NCBI GenBank assembly: GCA_965202985.1
Contig: CBDBCF010000001.1
Coordinates: forward strand, 576,001-640,000
Length of the DNA: 64,000 nt
Source: Longimicrobiales bacterium
Lineage (GTDB): Bacteria > Gemmatimonadota > Gemmatimonadetes > Longimicrobiales > Gaopeijiaceae
Direction of reading: 5' to 3'
A model generated the notes under the pieces. That model had not been told where the DNA came from. It saw nothing but the letters and a program-made list of their open reading frames with translations, and ran no database searches. The position numbers and the translations under genes were made by a program. Below, piece after piece: positions 27,397 through 37,347 of this stretch; position 1 is the first letter of the stretch, and every line of letters starts with the position of its first letter.

Positions 27397-30300
27397 TTGA
27401 GCGCGCGGCCACCGGGCGGAAGCGTTTCGGGCGATGTTCGCGCGGAGGACGTTCGCGCGGAGGAAGAGGCTGCCGCGGTCGCTCGGGGCGCCTTTGGCAT
27501 CGAGGGCGCGGCTTGGGCCCTTCCGGGCGAGTTCGACCTGAACTTCAAGGTTGCGGCGCCGGGGCGGACCATGGTGCTCAAGATCGCCCCGACGGCGCGG
27601 CATTTGGCCTTGGAGCTGGCCGCTGCTTGCGTTGCGCACGTCGGGCGCGCGCGCCTGTCCCGAAGCGTTCCGCGCCTAGTGCCGCCTGCCGGTCGCGCGC
27701 AGCGGTCGGGGGAAGGCGCCAAAGGCACCCCCGCCGATGCTGGGGCCAGGGGTGCGTCGCCCATCGTGGACGTGGCGTTTCGGGGCCAGCCTCACGTGGC
27801 GACGGCGTTCACATGGGTGGAAGGTATCCCGCTGGCGGAGCTGCGGCCTCGCAGCGCGGCGGTGCTGGAGGCGCTGGGCGCCTTTCTGGCCGAGCTTGGG
27901 CGTTCGTTGTCGGGGTTCGATCACCCCGCGTTGGATCGCCGGTTCCCGTGGCGGCTCGAGTCGGCGCGGCAGACGGTGGAGGCGCACGTGGATCTGCTGG
28001 CCCCCGAGGAAGCCGCGCTGGTTCGGGCGACGGCGGAGCGCGCGTGGCGGCGGGCGGGTCCAGCTGTCGGCGAGCTGCCGCGCGGCGTGATCCACAACGA
28101 CGCCAACGACTACAACGTGCTGATCCATCCGTCGTTGCCGGCGCCGCAGCTGTCGGGCGTCATCGACTTCGGCGACGTGGCGAAGGGCTGGCGAGTCGCG
28201 GACCCGGCGGTGGCCGCGGCCTACGCCATGACGGAGTTGCCGGACCCGTTGGAGGCGGCGTGCGCCGTGGCGCGCGGCTGCTCGGCGGAGCGGCGGCTGG
28301 ACGCGGCGGAGTGCCGGGCGTTCCTGCCGTTGGCCGCGCTGCGCCTCTGCCTGTCGGTGTGCATCCAGGCGCGGCAGATGCGGGAGCAACCCGAAAACGA
28401 CTACTTGGCCGTGAGCCAGGCGCCGGCGTGGGCGCTTCTGAGGCGGCTCTCGGGGATCGACTGGCGCTTGGCGGAGTTTCGGGTGCGCGGTGCGTGCGGC
28501 CTGGAGCCCAACCCGGCCCGCGGGACCGTGTCCAAGTGGATCGTCCGTGCCCGCCCCCGGTCGCCGATCATGTCGCCCCAGGTGCTGGCCCGGCCCTGCG
28601 TGCTGGACCTTTCGGCGGCAAGCCCGGACCTGCCGTACGCCGCCGAGGCCGCCTCCGTCGACGACGCGATCCGCTGGGTCGAAGAATCGATCTCGGCGGC
28701 CGACGCCACCGCTGGAATCGGGCGCTACGGCGAGGCGCGGCTTCTCTACGACGCCCTCGGCTTCAAGTCGCGCGGCAACGACGGCCCGGAAGCGCGAACG
28801 GTGCACCTGGGGCTGGACGTCTTCGCACCTGCCGGGTCCGAGGTTCGCGCCCCAATGAGCGGCACGGTCGTCTCGGTCGCGGACAACGGCCAGGAGCTCG
28901 ACTACGGTCCCACGGTGATTCTGCGCCACGTTGCCGAGTGCGGGGCCGGGTTCCACACGCTGTACGGCCACCTGGACCGCGCCACACTGGACCACTTGAC
29001 GCCAGGCGACGCGGTCTCGGCCGGCGACGTCGTGGGCTGGCTGGGCGACTTCACCGCGAACGGCGGATGGCCGCCCCACCTGCACTTCCAAGTCGTGGCC
29101 CTGGACCCGCTCTTCGACCCGGACGCGCGCGACTTTGCGGCGCCGACCCAGGCGGGTCGCTCCCCGCGCCCAGGCCGCAGCAACTTTCCGGGCGTCGCCA
29201 GACCCCGCTTGCGGGCGCTTTGGGAATCTGTCTCCCCCGATCCCACGGCCTTGGCCGGGCTGCCTGGGCACAGCTCGGAGGGCGACGACGGCGGAGGCGC
29301 TTCGGGCGCCCGGGACGCTGCCGACGACGACCCGGGGGCGTTCGGCGCGACACGGGACCCGAGCGCCGAGGCCCGTCGAATCCTGCGAACCCGGCACGCC
29401 CGCATGGCGCCGAACCTGGGCCTGTCGTACGACCGGCCCGTTCACGTGGTTCGCGGCGCGGGCACCTGCCTCTTCGACAGCGAGGGGCGGCGTTACCTGG
29501 ACACGGTCAACAACGTGGCCCACGTCGGGCACTCCAACCCCCGAGTCGCGCGGGCGATCGCCCGCCAGAGCCGAGTCCTGAACACCAATACGCGATACCT
29601 CCACGGCGAGATCGCGACGCTGGCCGAAGAGCTGACGGCCCGCTTCCCCGCCCCGCTCGAAGTGGTCTTTCTGGTGTGCTCGGGCAGCGAGGCCAACGAG
29701 CTGGCCCTTCGCTTGGCGCGTCGCCACACGGGCCGCGAGGGCGTGGTCGTGCTCGAAGGCGGGTACCACGGCAACACCGGCGGCCTGGTCGAGATCAGTC
29801 CGTACAAGTTCGACGGTCCGGGCGGGGGAGGGCGAAGCGCGCGCGTCGCCGTGGCCCCCATGCCCGATCCCTACCGGGGTCGGCACCGACGCGACCTGGC
29901 CGCCGGAACGCCGGACGCGGACCTGGGCGCTCGCTACGCCGAGGGGGTCGCACGGGCGCTGGCGGAGCTGTCGGCGCGCGGGCCGGGGGCGGCGGCGTTC
30001 GTGGCGGAGGGGATCCTGGGCTGCGGGGGACAGATCGAACCGCCCGTCGGGTACTTGCAGGCCGCCTACGCGCACACGCGTCGAGCGGGGGGCGTCTGCG
30101 TGGCGGACGAGGTGCAGACCGGCTTCGGGCGGGTGGGCGACGCCTTTTGGAGCTTCGAGCTTCAAGGGGTCGCGCCCGACATCGTCACGCTGGGCAAGCC
30201 CATGGGCAACGGCCACCCGGTTGCCGCCGTGGTGACCACTCGCGAGATCGCCGCCTCGTTCGACGACGGCATGGAGTACTTCAACACCTTCGGCGGCAAC

Positions 30301-30690
30301 CCCGTGTCGTGCGCGGCGGCCCGGGCCGTCCTGGCGGAGATCCGGGACCGGGAGCTGCAACGTAGCGCCCGGGAGGTCGGCGGCTTCCTCTTGGATCGCC
30401 TTCGCGGGCTGGCCGACCGCTTTCCGATCGTCGGGGACGTCCGGGGGCGCGGTCTGTTCCTGGGCGTCGAACTCGTTCGCGACCCGGAGTCCCGGACGCC
30501 GTTCCCCGAGGCCGCCGCCTACGTGGTGAACCGAATGCGCGCGCGCAGCGTCCTCACGAGCACCGACGGCCCCGACGCCAACGTGCTGAAGATCAAGCCG
30601 CCGATGGTCTTCTCGTTCGAAGACGCGGCACACCTGGCCGACGAGCTGGAGGTGGTCCTGAGCGAATCGGCGCTGCAGGCCGCCCCTTGA
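27397..30690 (+). CDS. Fusion: APH-type phosphotransferase + M23-like domain + class III aminotransferase (hydroxylysine kinase/phospho-lyase-like)
   Basis: IHNDANDYN and IDFGD; HLGLD, LYGHL, NGGWPPHLHFQ; NNVAHVGH, SGSEAN, DEVQTGFGR, GKPMGNG, NTFGGNP. Confidence 0.9.
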   Translation: MSARPPGGSVSGDVRAEDVRAEEEAAAVARGAFGIEGAAWALPGEFDLNFKVAAPGRTMVLKIAPTARHLALELAAACVAHVGRARLSRSVPRLVPPAGRAQRSGEGAKGTPADAGARGASPIVDVAFRGQPHVATAFTWVEGIPLAELRPRSAAVLEALGAFLAELGRSLSGFDHPALDRRFPWRLESARQTVEAHVDLLAPEEAALVRATAERAWRRAGPAVGELPRGVIHNDANDYNVLIHPSLPAPQLSGVIDFGDVAKGWRVADPAVAAAYAMTELPDPLEAACAVARGCSAERRLDAAECRAFLPLAALRLCLSVCIQARQMREQPENDYLAVSQAPAWALLRRLSGIDWRLAEFRVRGACGLEPNPARGTVSKWIVRARPRSPIMSPQVLARPCVLDLSAASPDLPYAAEAASVDDAIRWVEESISAADATAGIGRYGEARLLYDALGFKSRGNDGPEARTVHLGLDVFAPAGSEVRAPMSGTVVSVADNGQELDYGPTVILRHVAECGAGFHTLYGHLDRATLDHLTPGDAVSAGDVVGWLGDFTANGGWPPHLHFQVVALDPLFDPDARDFAAPTQAGRSPRPGRSNFPGVARPRLRALWESVSPDPTALAGLPGHSSEGDDGGGASGARDAADDDPGAFGATRDPSAEARRILRTRHARMAPNLGLSYDRPVHVVRGAGTCLFDSEGRRYLDTVNNVAHVGHSNPRVARAIARQSRVLNTNTRYLHGEIATLAEELTARFPAPLEVVFLVCSGSEANELALRLARRHTGREGVVVLEGGYHGNTGGLVEISPYKFDGPGGGGRSARVAVAPMPDPYRGRHRRDLAAGTPDADLGARYAEGVARALAELSARGPGAAAFVAEGILGCGGQIEPPVGYLQAAYAHTRRAGGVCVADEVQTGFGRVGDAFWSFELQGVAPDIVTLGKPMGNGHPVAAVVTTREIAASFDDGMEYFNTFGGNPVSCAAARAVLAEIRDRELQRSAREVGGFLLDRLRGLADRFPIVGDVRGRGLFLGVELVRDPESRTPFPEAAAYVVNRMRARSVLTSTDGPDANVLKIKPPMVFSFEDAAHLADELEVVLSESALQAAP

Positions 30691-30714
30691 CGCGGAGCGG
30701 GCGCGCCCTGCGGC

Positions 30715-31347
30715 CTACGGACTAAGGCGCCGGCGGATCCACCCCGAACCGTCTGCGGGGCGTTCGTACGCGAACCGGTCGTGGAGCCGATGGGGTCCTT
30801 CCTGCCAAAACTCCACGGCCTCCGGCTCTACGCGGAACCCGGACCAGTGAGGCGGACGGGGAACCGGCCCGTCTCCGAACTCCTGCTCGCGGGCGGCGAC
30901 GGCCGCCTCCAGGGCCCGGCGACTCTCGATCGGCCAGCTCTGTCGCGAAGCCCATGCGCCGATGCGGCTGCCCAGGGGACGACCGGCGTAGTAGGCGTCG
31001 GCCTCTTCGGAGGACACGGGCGACACGGGGCCGCGCACTCGGACTTGCCGGCCCTGACCGCTGGGCGGCTGCCAGTGAAAGGTCAGCCCGGCCCTGGCGT
31101 GCCGGCTCAGAGCGCAGGCCTTGTTCGACTTCAAATTGGTGTAGAAGACGAAGCCTCGGGCGTCGCAATGCCTGACCAGAACCATCCGGCCCTCCGGTGT
31201 CCGGTTCGGCCCCAAGGTGGACAAGCACGCCGCCTCCGCGAGCACGACGCCCGGGTCGGCCTGGGCTTCGGCGAACCAAAGGCGGAACTGCTCGACCGGA
31301 TCGTCGGAGAGATCGCCCGCCGACAACGCGCGCCAGCGACTGCCCAC
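30715..31347 (-). CDS. pdxH: Pyridoxine/pyridoxamine 5'-phosphate oxidase
   Basis: RMVL, GFVFYTN..S.K, RQVRV.G, SRIGAWASRQS, PRPPHWSGFR, EFWQ...RLHDR, RLSP. Confidence 0.95.
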   Translation of the reverse strand: MGSRWRALSAGDLSDDPVEQFRLWFAEAQADPGVVLAEAACLSTLGPNRTPEGRMVLVRHCDARGFVFYTNLKSNKACALSRHARAGLTFHWQPPSGQGRQVRVRGPVSPVSSEEADAYYAGRPLGSRIGAWASRQSWPIESRRALEAAVAAREQEFGDGPVPRPPHWSGFRVEPEAVEFWQEGPHRLHDRFAYERPADGSGWIRRRLSP

Positions 31348-31354
31348 TTGCGGT

Positions 31355-32749
31355 CTAGGCCCCCGTCCCCGCGGGGCTCGGCATCCCCATCTGGTGCGCC
31401 AGCGACTCTTCCAGCCCCGGGAACGCGAACTCGAACCCTGTGCTTCGGGACGCCTCCGGCAGCACGCGGGCGCCCTCCAACAGCAGCGTCGTTCCCATCT
31501 CGCCGAAGAGCCCCTTGACCGCCAGCGACGGCACGGGCACCAGCGTCGGACGCTTGAGCACCCGACCCAGAACCGTGGCGAACGTGGCGTTGGGCACGGG
31601 GTTCGGCGCCGTGGCGTTCATCGGCCCGCGCGCGGACGGCGTCGTCACGGCGTGGAAGATCAGCGCGACCAAGTCGTCGTGGTCGATCCAGCTCACGTAC
31701 TGGCGCCCCGATCCCAACCGACCGCCGACGCCCAGCTTGAACGGCAAAAGCATGGTTCCCAGAGCGCCCCCGGCGGGGCTGAGCACAAGTCCGGCGCGCA
31801 CGTTGACGACGCGAACCCCGGACCGCTTCGCCTTGTTCGCCTCCGCTTCCCACACTTGGCAGAGGTCCGGCAGGAAACCCTTGCCCGGCTTGGAGTCCTC
31901 GTCCACGCGCTCGGCCCCTCGATTGCCGTAGACGCCGATCGCCGAAGCCGACACCAGCACTTCCGGCGGGTCGCGCAGCACGTTCAGCGCTTCCACCAAG
32001 ACCCGCGTGCCGGCAACCCGGCTCTTCCATATCGCCTTCTTCTTCGCCGGTGTCCAGCGCCCGCCCGACAAGCTCTCCCCGGCCAAGTGCACGACGGCGT
32101 CCGCGCCCTCCAGCCGTTCGCCGTCGATGCGTCCCTCCATCGGGTCCCAGTGGACCTCGCCCTTGTCCGGGTCGGCCTTCCGACGCACGACGGGCAGGAC
32201 CGTGTGGCCGCCGGTTGCCAGAAAGTCGCACAAAGCCCGGCCCACGAACCCGCTGGCGCCGGTGACCGCGACGGTCAGCGACGGTCCCTTGTAGCCATGG
32301 TGCCGCCCCAGATCGTGAGCCAGTCGGCGGCTCCGGAAGGCGAACAGCCGCCCCAGCTCGCGCTCCACGACCGGGCCTGCGAAGATCGACGCGGCCGAGC
32401 CCAGCGGAGGCTCCCACTCGACGCGGTCCCGAAGCACCGTGCCCCCGTCCTCGGCAGCCTTGAAGTCGTGTGTGTGCGTCCACGAGGCGAATGGACCCGA
32501 CTCCTGTTCGTCCCGGAAGCGCTTGCCCGACTCGAACGCCGTGTGGCGCACCCTCCAGTTCAGCGTCATCGGCCCGCGACGGATGCGGACATGGACTCGC
32601 CCGCCGTCTTCGATGCCCCCGCTTCGGTCGGCCACGCGCGCATTCTCCCATGGCGGCAACAGGCGCTCCAGCGCGCGGGGCCGCATGTGCCAGGCAAACA
32701 CGTCGGCAACCGGGAACGGCAGGTGCTGTTCGTGGAGAAGTTCGGGCAT
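31355..32749 (-). CDS. TIGR01777-family epimerase/oxidoreductase with N-terminal SRPBCC domain
   Basis: VFAWH.RP.ALERL.PPW; TGASGFVG; VHLAGE; SASAIG.YG; GRLGSGRQYVSWI. Confidence 0.92.
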   Translation of the reverse strand: MPELLHEQHLPFPVADVFAWHMRPRALERLLPPWENARVADRSGGIEDGGRVHVRIRRGPMTLNWRVRHTAFESGKRFRDEQESGPFASWTHTHDFKAAEDGGTVLRDRVEWEPPLGSAASIFAGPVVERELGRLFAFRSRRLAHDLGRHHGYKGPSLTVAVTGASGFVGRALCDFLATGGHTVLPVVRRKADPDKGEVHWDPMEGRIDGERLEGADAVVHLAGESLSGGRWTPAKKKAIWKSRVAGTRVLVEALNVLRDPPEVLVSASAIGVYGNRGAERVDEDSKPGKGFLPDLCQVWEAEANKAKRSGVRVVNVRAGLVLSPAGGALGTMLLPFKLGVGGRLGSGRQYVSWIDHDDLVALIFHAVTTPSARGPMNATAPNPVPNATFATVLGRVLKRPTLVPVPSLAVKGLFGEMGTTLLLEGARVLPEASRSTGFEFAFPGLEESLAHQMGMPSPAGTGA

Positions 32750-32884
32750 AGGGGAAACGCGGTCGGGAAGTTCGCGGGCAAGCGGTTGTTCGCGGGCGAA
32801 GCGGCTCATTGCGCGAGCCAACCGGTTATCATCATTTGGAGCCGGTTGAACAGGCAAGGCCACCACGAGCAGGCAGGAAGAACA

Positions 32885-34750
32885 ATGACCAAACCACAGC
32901 GCCGTCGCCAATCCGTTTTCGTTCGCCGATCCGCTTTCGCCCGCCCACCCGTCTTTCGCCGGTCCGCTTTCGGCGCGCCAGCTTTCTTTGCGCTGACGGT
33001 GGCGGTTTCGACCATGGGAACGCCCATCGGCGGCGCCGACGCCCAGTCGTGGGCCGTCACCGGGGTTCGGGTCTTCGACGGCGAGGCCGTGCTGGAAGGG
33101 GCGACGGTGGTGGTCGTGGACGGGCGGATCGCGGTCGTGGACGCCGGGGCGCAGCCGCCCCAGGACGTGGAGACAATCGACGGCGCGGGGCGGACGCTGT
33201 TGCCCGGCTTTGTCGACGGCCACGCCCACTCCTACGACGACGCGCTCTACCGGTCGGCCGTCTTCGGCGCCACGACCGTGCTGGACATGTTCACCGAGCC
33301 GGCGTTCGCGACCGAGCAGCGACGGCAACAGGCGGAGGGCGAAGCCAACGATCGGGCCGACCTGCTGTCGGCGGGCATCCTGGCCACGGCGCCCGGCGGC
33401 CACGGCACCCAGTACGGCATGGAGATCCCCACGCTTTCGACCCCGGCCGAGGCCGCGGACTGGGTGGCGGCACGGGTCGCCGAAGGCTCCGACTTCATCA
33501 AGATCGTGGTCGAGGACGGCACGATCATCGACCTGCCGACGCCCACGCTGGACCTTCCCACCGTCCGGGCGCTGGCGGCCGCGGCTCGGGAGCACGGCAA
33601 GCTGGCGTTGGCCCACGCCACCACCATAGCCGGAGCGCGCCGGGCGCTGACCGCGGGCGTGGACGCGCTGGCCCACATCTTCGCGGACTCGGCGCCGCCG
33701 GCGGACTGGGTGGCCGACGCCGCGGCCCGAGGCATTTTCGTGGTTCCCACGCTGACGGTGCTGGAAAGCCTGGAGGGCACGCCGTCGGGCGCTTCCATGG
33801 CCGAAGACCCCCACATCGGTCCGCTGATGACCATCCGGGAGCGGTCGCAGGTCGCCGCTACCTACCCCCGGTCCGCCGCCGGCGGCTTCCGCTTGGCCAA
33901 CGCGGTCGAGGCCGTGCGGGCGCTTCACCAGGCCGGCGTGCCGATCCTGGCCGGAACCGACGCCCCCAACCCGGGCACCTCGCACGGCATCAGCATGCAC
34001 CGGGAGTTCGAGCTCCTGGTCTCCGCCGGACTGTCGCCGGCCGAAGCGCTGGCCGCGGCCACGTCGGTCCCCGCGGACGTCTTCGGGCTGGAGGACCGCG
34101 GACGGATCGCGACGGGCTTGCGGGCCGACCTGGTCTTGGTAGAGGGGAACCCGTTGGAGGACGTGACGCGGACCCGCGCCATCGTGGGCGTCTGGAAGGC
34201 GGGCCACGCCGTGGACCGGTCGAAGCCCGAAGAGGCGGTGGCCACGCTGGCCAGCCCCGGCCCCGTCGCCGACTTCGACGACGGTCAGGTCGCCGGCGCC
34301 TACGGATCGGGCTGGGAGAACTCGACCGACGACATCGTGGGCGGCACGTCCACCGTCGTCGTCCAGGCCGGAGACGAAGGCGCCGAGGGCACGGCCCACC
34401 ACCTGTCGGTCGCCGGGGAAGTCGGAAGCGGGTTCTCGTTCCCGTGGGCGGGAGCGATGTTCTACCCCGGCGCAACGCCGATGGCGCCCGTGGACCTGTC
34501 GGCGGCGTCGGAGCTCGCGTTCTGGGCCAAGGGCCAACCCGGCACGTACCGCGTCTTGCTCTTCTGCCAAGCCATGGGGCCCATGCCCACGCAGCAGACG
34601 TTTCAAGTCACCGGCGAATGGCAGCAGTTCGTTCTCGCGTTCGAAGACTTTCGGGGCCTGGACGCGTCGGGCCTGACGGGCATTTTATGGTCGGGCGGTC
34701 CCGCCCTGGGTCCATTCCAGTTCGAGATTGATCAGATTGAAATTCGGTAG
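32885..34750 (+). CDS. Exported amidohydrolase with C-terminal CIA30/CBM11-like domain
   Basis: LPGFVDGHAH, GSDFIKI, ILAGTDAPN, GRIATGLRADLVLV; C-terminal beta-sandwich with STD...GGTS and FWAKG. Confidence 0.88.
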   Translation: MTKPQRRRQSVFVRRSAFARPPVFRRSAFGAPAFFALTVAVSTMGTPIGGADAQSWAVTGVRVFDGEAVLEGATVVVVDGRIAVVDAGAQPPQDVETIDGAGRTLLPGFVDGHAHSYDDALYRSAVFGATTVLDMFTEPAFATEQRRQQAEGEANDRADLLSAGILATAPGGHGTQYGMEIPTLSTPAEAADWVAARVAEGSDFIKIVVEDGTIIDLPTPTLDLPTVRALAAAAREHGKLALAHATTIAGARRALTAGVDALAHIFADSAPPADWVADAAARGIFVVPTLTVLESLEGTPSGASMAEDPHIGPLMTIRERSQVAATYPRSAAGGFRLANAVEAVRALHQAGVPILAGTDAPNPGTSHGISMHREFELLVSAGLSPAEALAAATSVPADVFGLEDRGRIATGLRADLVLVEGNPLEDVTRTRAIVGVWKAGHAVDRSKPEEAVATLASPGPVADFDDGQVAGAYGSGWENSTDDIVGGTSTVVVQAGDEGAEGTAHHLSVAGEVGSGFSFPWAGAMFYPGATPMAPVDLSAASELAFWAKGQPGTYRVLLFCQAMGPMPTQQTFQVTGEWQQFVLAFEDFRGLDASGLTGILWSGGPALGPFQFEIDQIEIR

Positions 34751-34796
34751 CGCAACCGCGCGAAACACGGCGCAAGCCACGCAAAGGAGCAAAGCA

Positions 34797-37205
34797 GTGA
34801 TCGCAACGACAACGCACCGTCCGCGTCCGCGCGGACTCGCATGGGCCGCGGGACCGGCCCTGACCCTTGCCGCACTCTTGACCACGGCGACGCCGACGTC
34901 CGGCCAAGGCTACGGCACTTCGGCGGCCGTGGCGGGCGGCGACGCGCTGGTGGGCGAGTCCCTCAACGAGCGCGTGCCCGGCTACGTGTACGTCTACCGC
35001 GCCGGCGACGAGGGCTGGATGGAAGTTCAGCGCCTGCAGGCATCGGACGCCGCCCAGGCCGACCACTTCGGGCGCTCAATGGCGGTCGTGGACGGCGACT
35101 TGCTGGTGGGCGCCACGGTGGCGAACGACACCAGCGGCGCCGTCTACGTCTACAGGAAGAGCGACGACGGTCGCTGGGCCGAGGTCCAGAGGATCGCCGC
35201 CGAAGACGGAACCCGGGGCGACGCTTGGGGGCGGACCATGGCCAGCGGCGGCGGGCTCGTCCTGGTGTCGGCCTGGGGTCACGCGGACGATCGGGGCGCG
35301 GTCTACGTGCTGGCCAAGGACGAAGGCGGCGAGTGGGTTCACGAGGCCAAGCTCGCTGCCGGCGACGGCGCCCCCAACGACGCCTTCGGCACCTCGGTGG
35401 CCACCGACGGCGAGCACGCGCTCGTGGGAGTGCCGCAGGCCAACGGGCGGCGAGGGGCCGTCTACGTCTTCCAGCGCCAAGCCGGCGGCGCCTGGACCCA
35501 GACTGCCAAGCTGGAGATGGAGGACGCGAGCGGCAGCGGGTTCGGCATGTCGGTTGCGGTGCGCCACGGAATGGCCCTGGTGGGCGCCCCCGGCCACGAC
35601 GGGTTCGCCGGAGCCGTGTTCGGCTACGTCCTGGACGAAGCGTCCGGCGAGTGGCTTCCGAACGGAACGTACCGCGCCTTCGACGGCGAGCGGGCCACCC
35701 AGTTCGGCATGTCGCTGGCGCACGAGGGTTACGACGTGTGGATCGGCGCCCCTGGGGCCGGCGGCGGTGAAGGCCGCTACTACGTCATGTCGTGGAACGA
35801 CGACCAGGACGAGTGGGGCTCGCTTTCCAAGTTCGCCTTGGACGACTTGGCGCCGGGCGACGGCCTGGGCCGGGTGGTCGCGTTGGGTCCCGAGTTCAGC
35901 GTGGTCGGGTTGCCGGGAGACGACTTCAGGATGGGCTCCGCCTCCATCGTGACCAAGGGCGCCGACGGGTGGGGCGATGCGACTCGGACGATCAGCGAAG
36001 TCGCGGCGCTGGACGCCATCACCGGCAGCAACGTGGACTGCGACGACGGGACGGCGGGGGAGTTCGGCTGCACGGACGTGGACATCGTGTCGTTCCTGCC
36101 GGTGCAGGCGATCGGCGGCACGCGAGGGGTGGAGGTCAACGACGTGTGGGGCTGGACGGACCCGGTCACCGGAACGGAGTGGGCGCTGGTCGGACGCTAC
36201 GACGGCACGTCGTTCATCGACTTGAGCGACCCCGCCAACCCCGTGTACGCCGGCAACTTGCCCTTGACCGAAGGCGCCCGTCCCAACACGTGGCGCGACA
36301 TCAAGGTGTACGAAGACCACGCCTTCATCGTGGCCGACGGCTCCGGCGAGCACGGCATGCAGGTGTTCGACCTGACCCAGCTGCGCGAACCCCGGGACGG
36401 CCCGGAGACGTTCAAGGCGACGGCCCACTACGACCTTATCCAGAGCGCGCACAACATCGTGATCAACGAGGAGACGGGCTTCGCGTACGCGGTTGGCGCC
36501 AGCGGAGGCGGCGGCACGTGCGGCGGGGGGCTGCACATGATCGACGTTCGCGCGCCTACCGAACCCGTGTTCGCCGGGTGCTTCTCGGACCCGTCCACGG
36601 GCCGGCGAGGGACCGGTTACAGCCACGACGCCATGTGCATCGTGTACCGCGGCCCCGACCAGGAGCACCGGGGCAAGGAGATCTGCTTCGGGTCCAACGA
36701 GACGGCGCTGAGCATCGCCGACGTGTCCGACAAGGAGAACCCGGTGGCGCTGGCCATGGCGTCGTATCCGAACGCCGCCTACTCCCACCAGGGCTGGATC
36801 GACGAGGCCCACGAGTACTTCTACATGAACGACGAGCTGGACGAGCTGTCCGGCGGCGTCTCCAACACGCGCACGCTCGTCTGGGACGTGAAGGACTTGG
36901 ACGAGCCGGTGCTGGCCAAGGAACACGTGTCCGAGAACACGTCGTCGGACCACAACTTGTACATCCTGGGCGACTTGATGTACCAGTCCAACTACGTGAG
37001 CGGCCTGCGGATCCTGGACATCTCGGACCGCGAGAACCCCGAAGAGGTGGCGTTCTTCGACACGGTGCCGTGGACGCCCGACGCTCCTGGCTTCGACGGA
37101 TCGTGGAGCAACTACCCGTACTTCGAGAGCGGCGTCATCGTGGTTACGTCGGGCAAGGAAGGCGTCTTCGTGCTGCGCAAGGCGGACCGAAACCTGATTC
37201 CGTAG
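34797..37205 (+). CDS. Choice-of-anchor B family protein with N-terminal FG-GAP repeats
   Basis: AAAGGAG RBS; FG.SVA...VGAP...GAVYV repeats; NDVWGWTDP, WRDIKVY, SAHNIVINE, YSHDA, YSHQGW, DHNLY, WSNYPYF. Confidence 0.9.
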   Translation: MIATTTHRPRPRGLAWAAGPALTLAALLTTATPTSGQGYGTSAAVAGGDALVGESLNERVPGYVYVYRAGDEGWMEVQRLQASDAAQADHFGRSMAVVDGDLLVGATVANDTSGAVYVYRKSDDGRWAEVQRIAAEDGTRGDAWGRTMASGGGLVLVSAWGHADDRGAVYVLAKDEGGEWVHEAKLAAGDGAPNDAFGTSVATDGEHALVGVPQANGRRGAVYVFQRQAGGAWTQTAKLEMEDASGSGFGMSVAVRHGMALVGAPGHDGFAGAVFGYVLDEASGEWLPNGTYRAFDGERATQFGMSLAHEGYDVWIGAPGAGGGEGRYYVMSWNDDQDEWGSLSKFALDDLAPGDGLGRVVALGPEFSVVGLPGDDFRMGSASIVTKGADGWGDATRTISEVAALDAITGSNVDCDDGTAGEFGCTDVDIVSFLPVQAIGGTRGVEVNDVWGWTDPVTGTEWALVGRYDGTSFIDLSDPANPVYAGNLPLTEGARPNTWRDIKVYEDHAFIVADGSGEHGMQVFDLTQLREPRDGPETFKATAHYDLIQSAHNIVINEETGFAYAVGASGGGGTCGGGLHMIDVRAPTEPVFAGCFSDPSTGRRGTGYSHDAMCIVYRGPDQEHRGKEICFGSNETALSIADVSDKENPVALAMASYPNAAYSHQGWIDEAHEYFYMNDELDELSGGVSNTRTLVWDVKDLDEPVLAKEHVSENTSSDHNLYILGDLMYQSNYVSGLRILDISDRENPEEVAFFDTVPWTPDAPGFDGSWSNYPYFESGVIVVTSGKEGVFVLRKADRNLIP

Positions 37206-37347
37206 GACAAGAGATTGCGTCGGCGCGCCCGTCGGCCCAATGTTGGGTGCGGCGGGCGCGCCGTCGGGCAAGCTCGGGAGCCAAATGTGCAGCCCAGCCG
37301 CGTCAAATCCACGGCCCAATCTCACTTCGGAATTAGGACACGTCGCC

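Noticed and set aside
32915..32980. Two imperfect RRSAF-coding repeats in the amidohydrolase N-terminus
   Set aside because: A local duplication within the signal region; no evidence of separate function.
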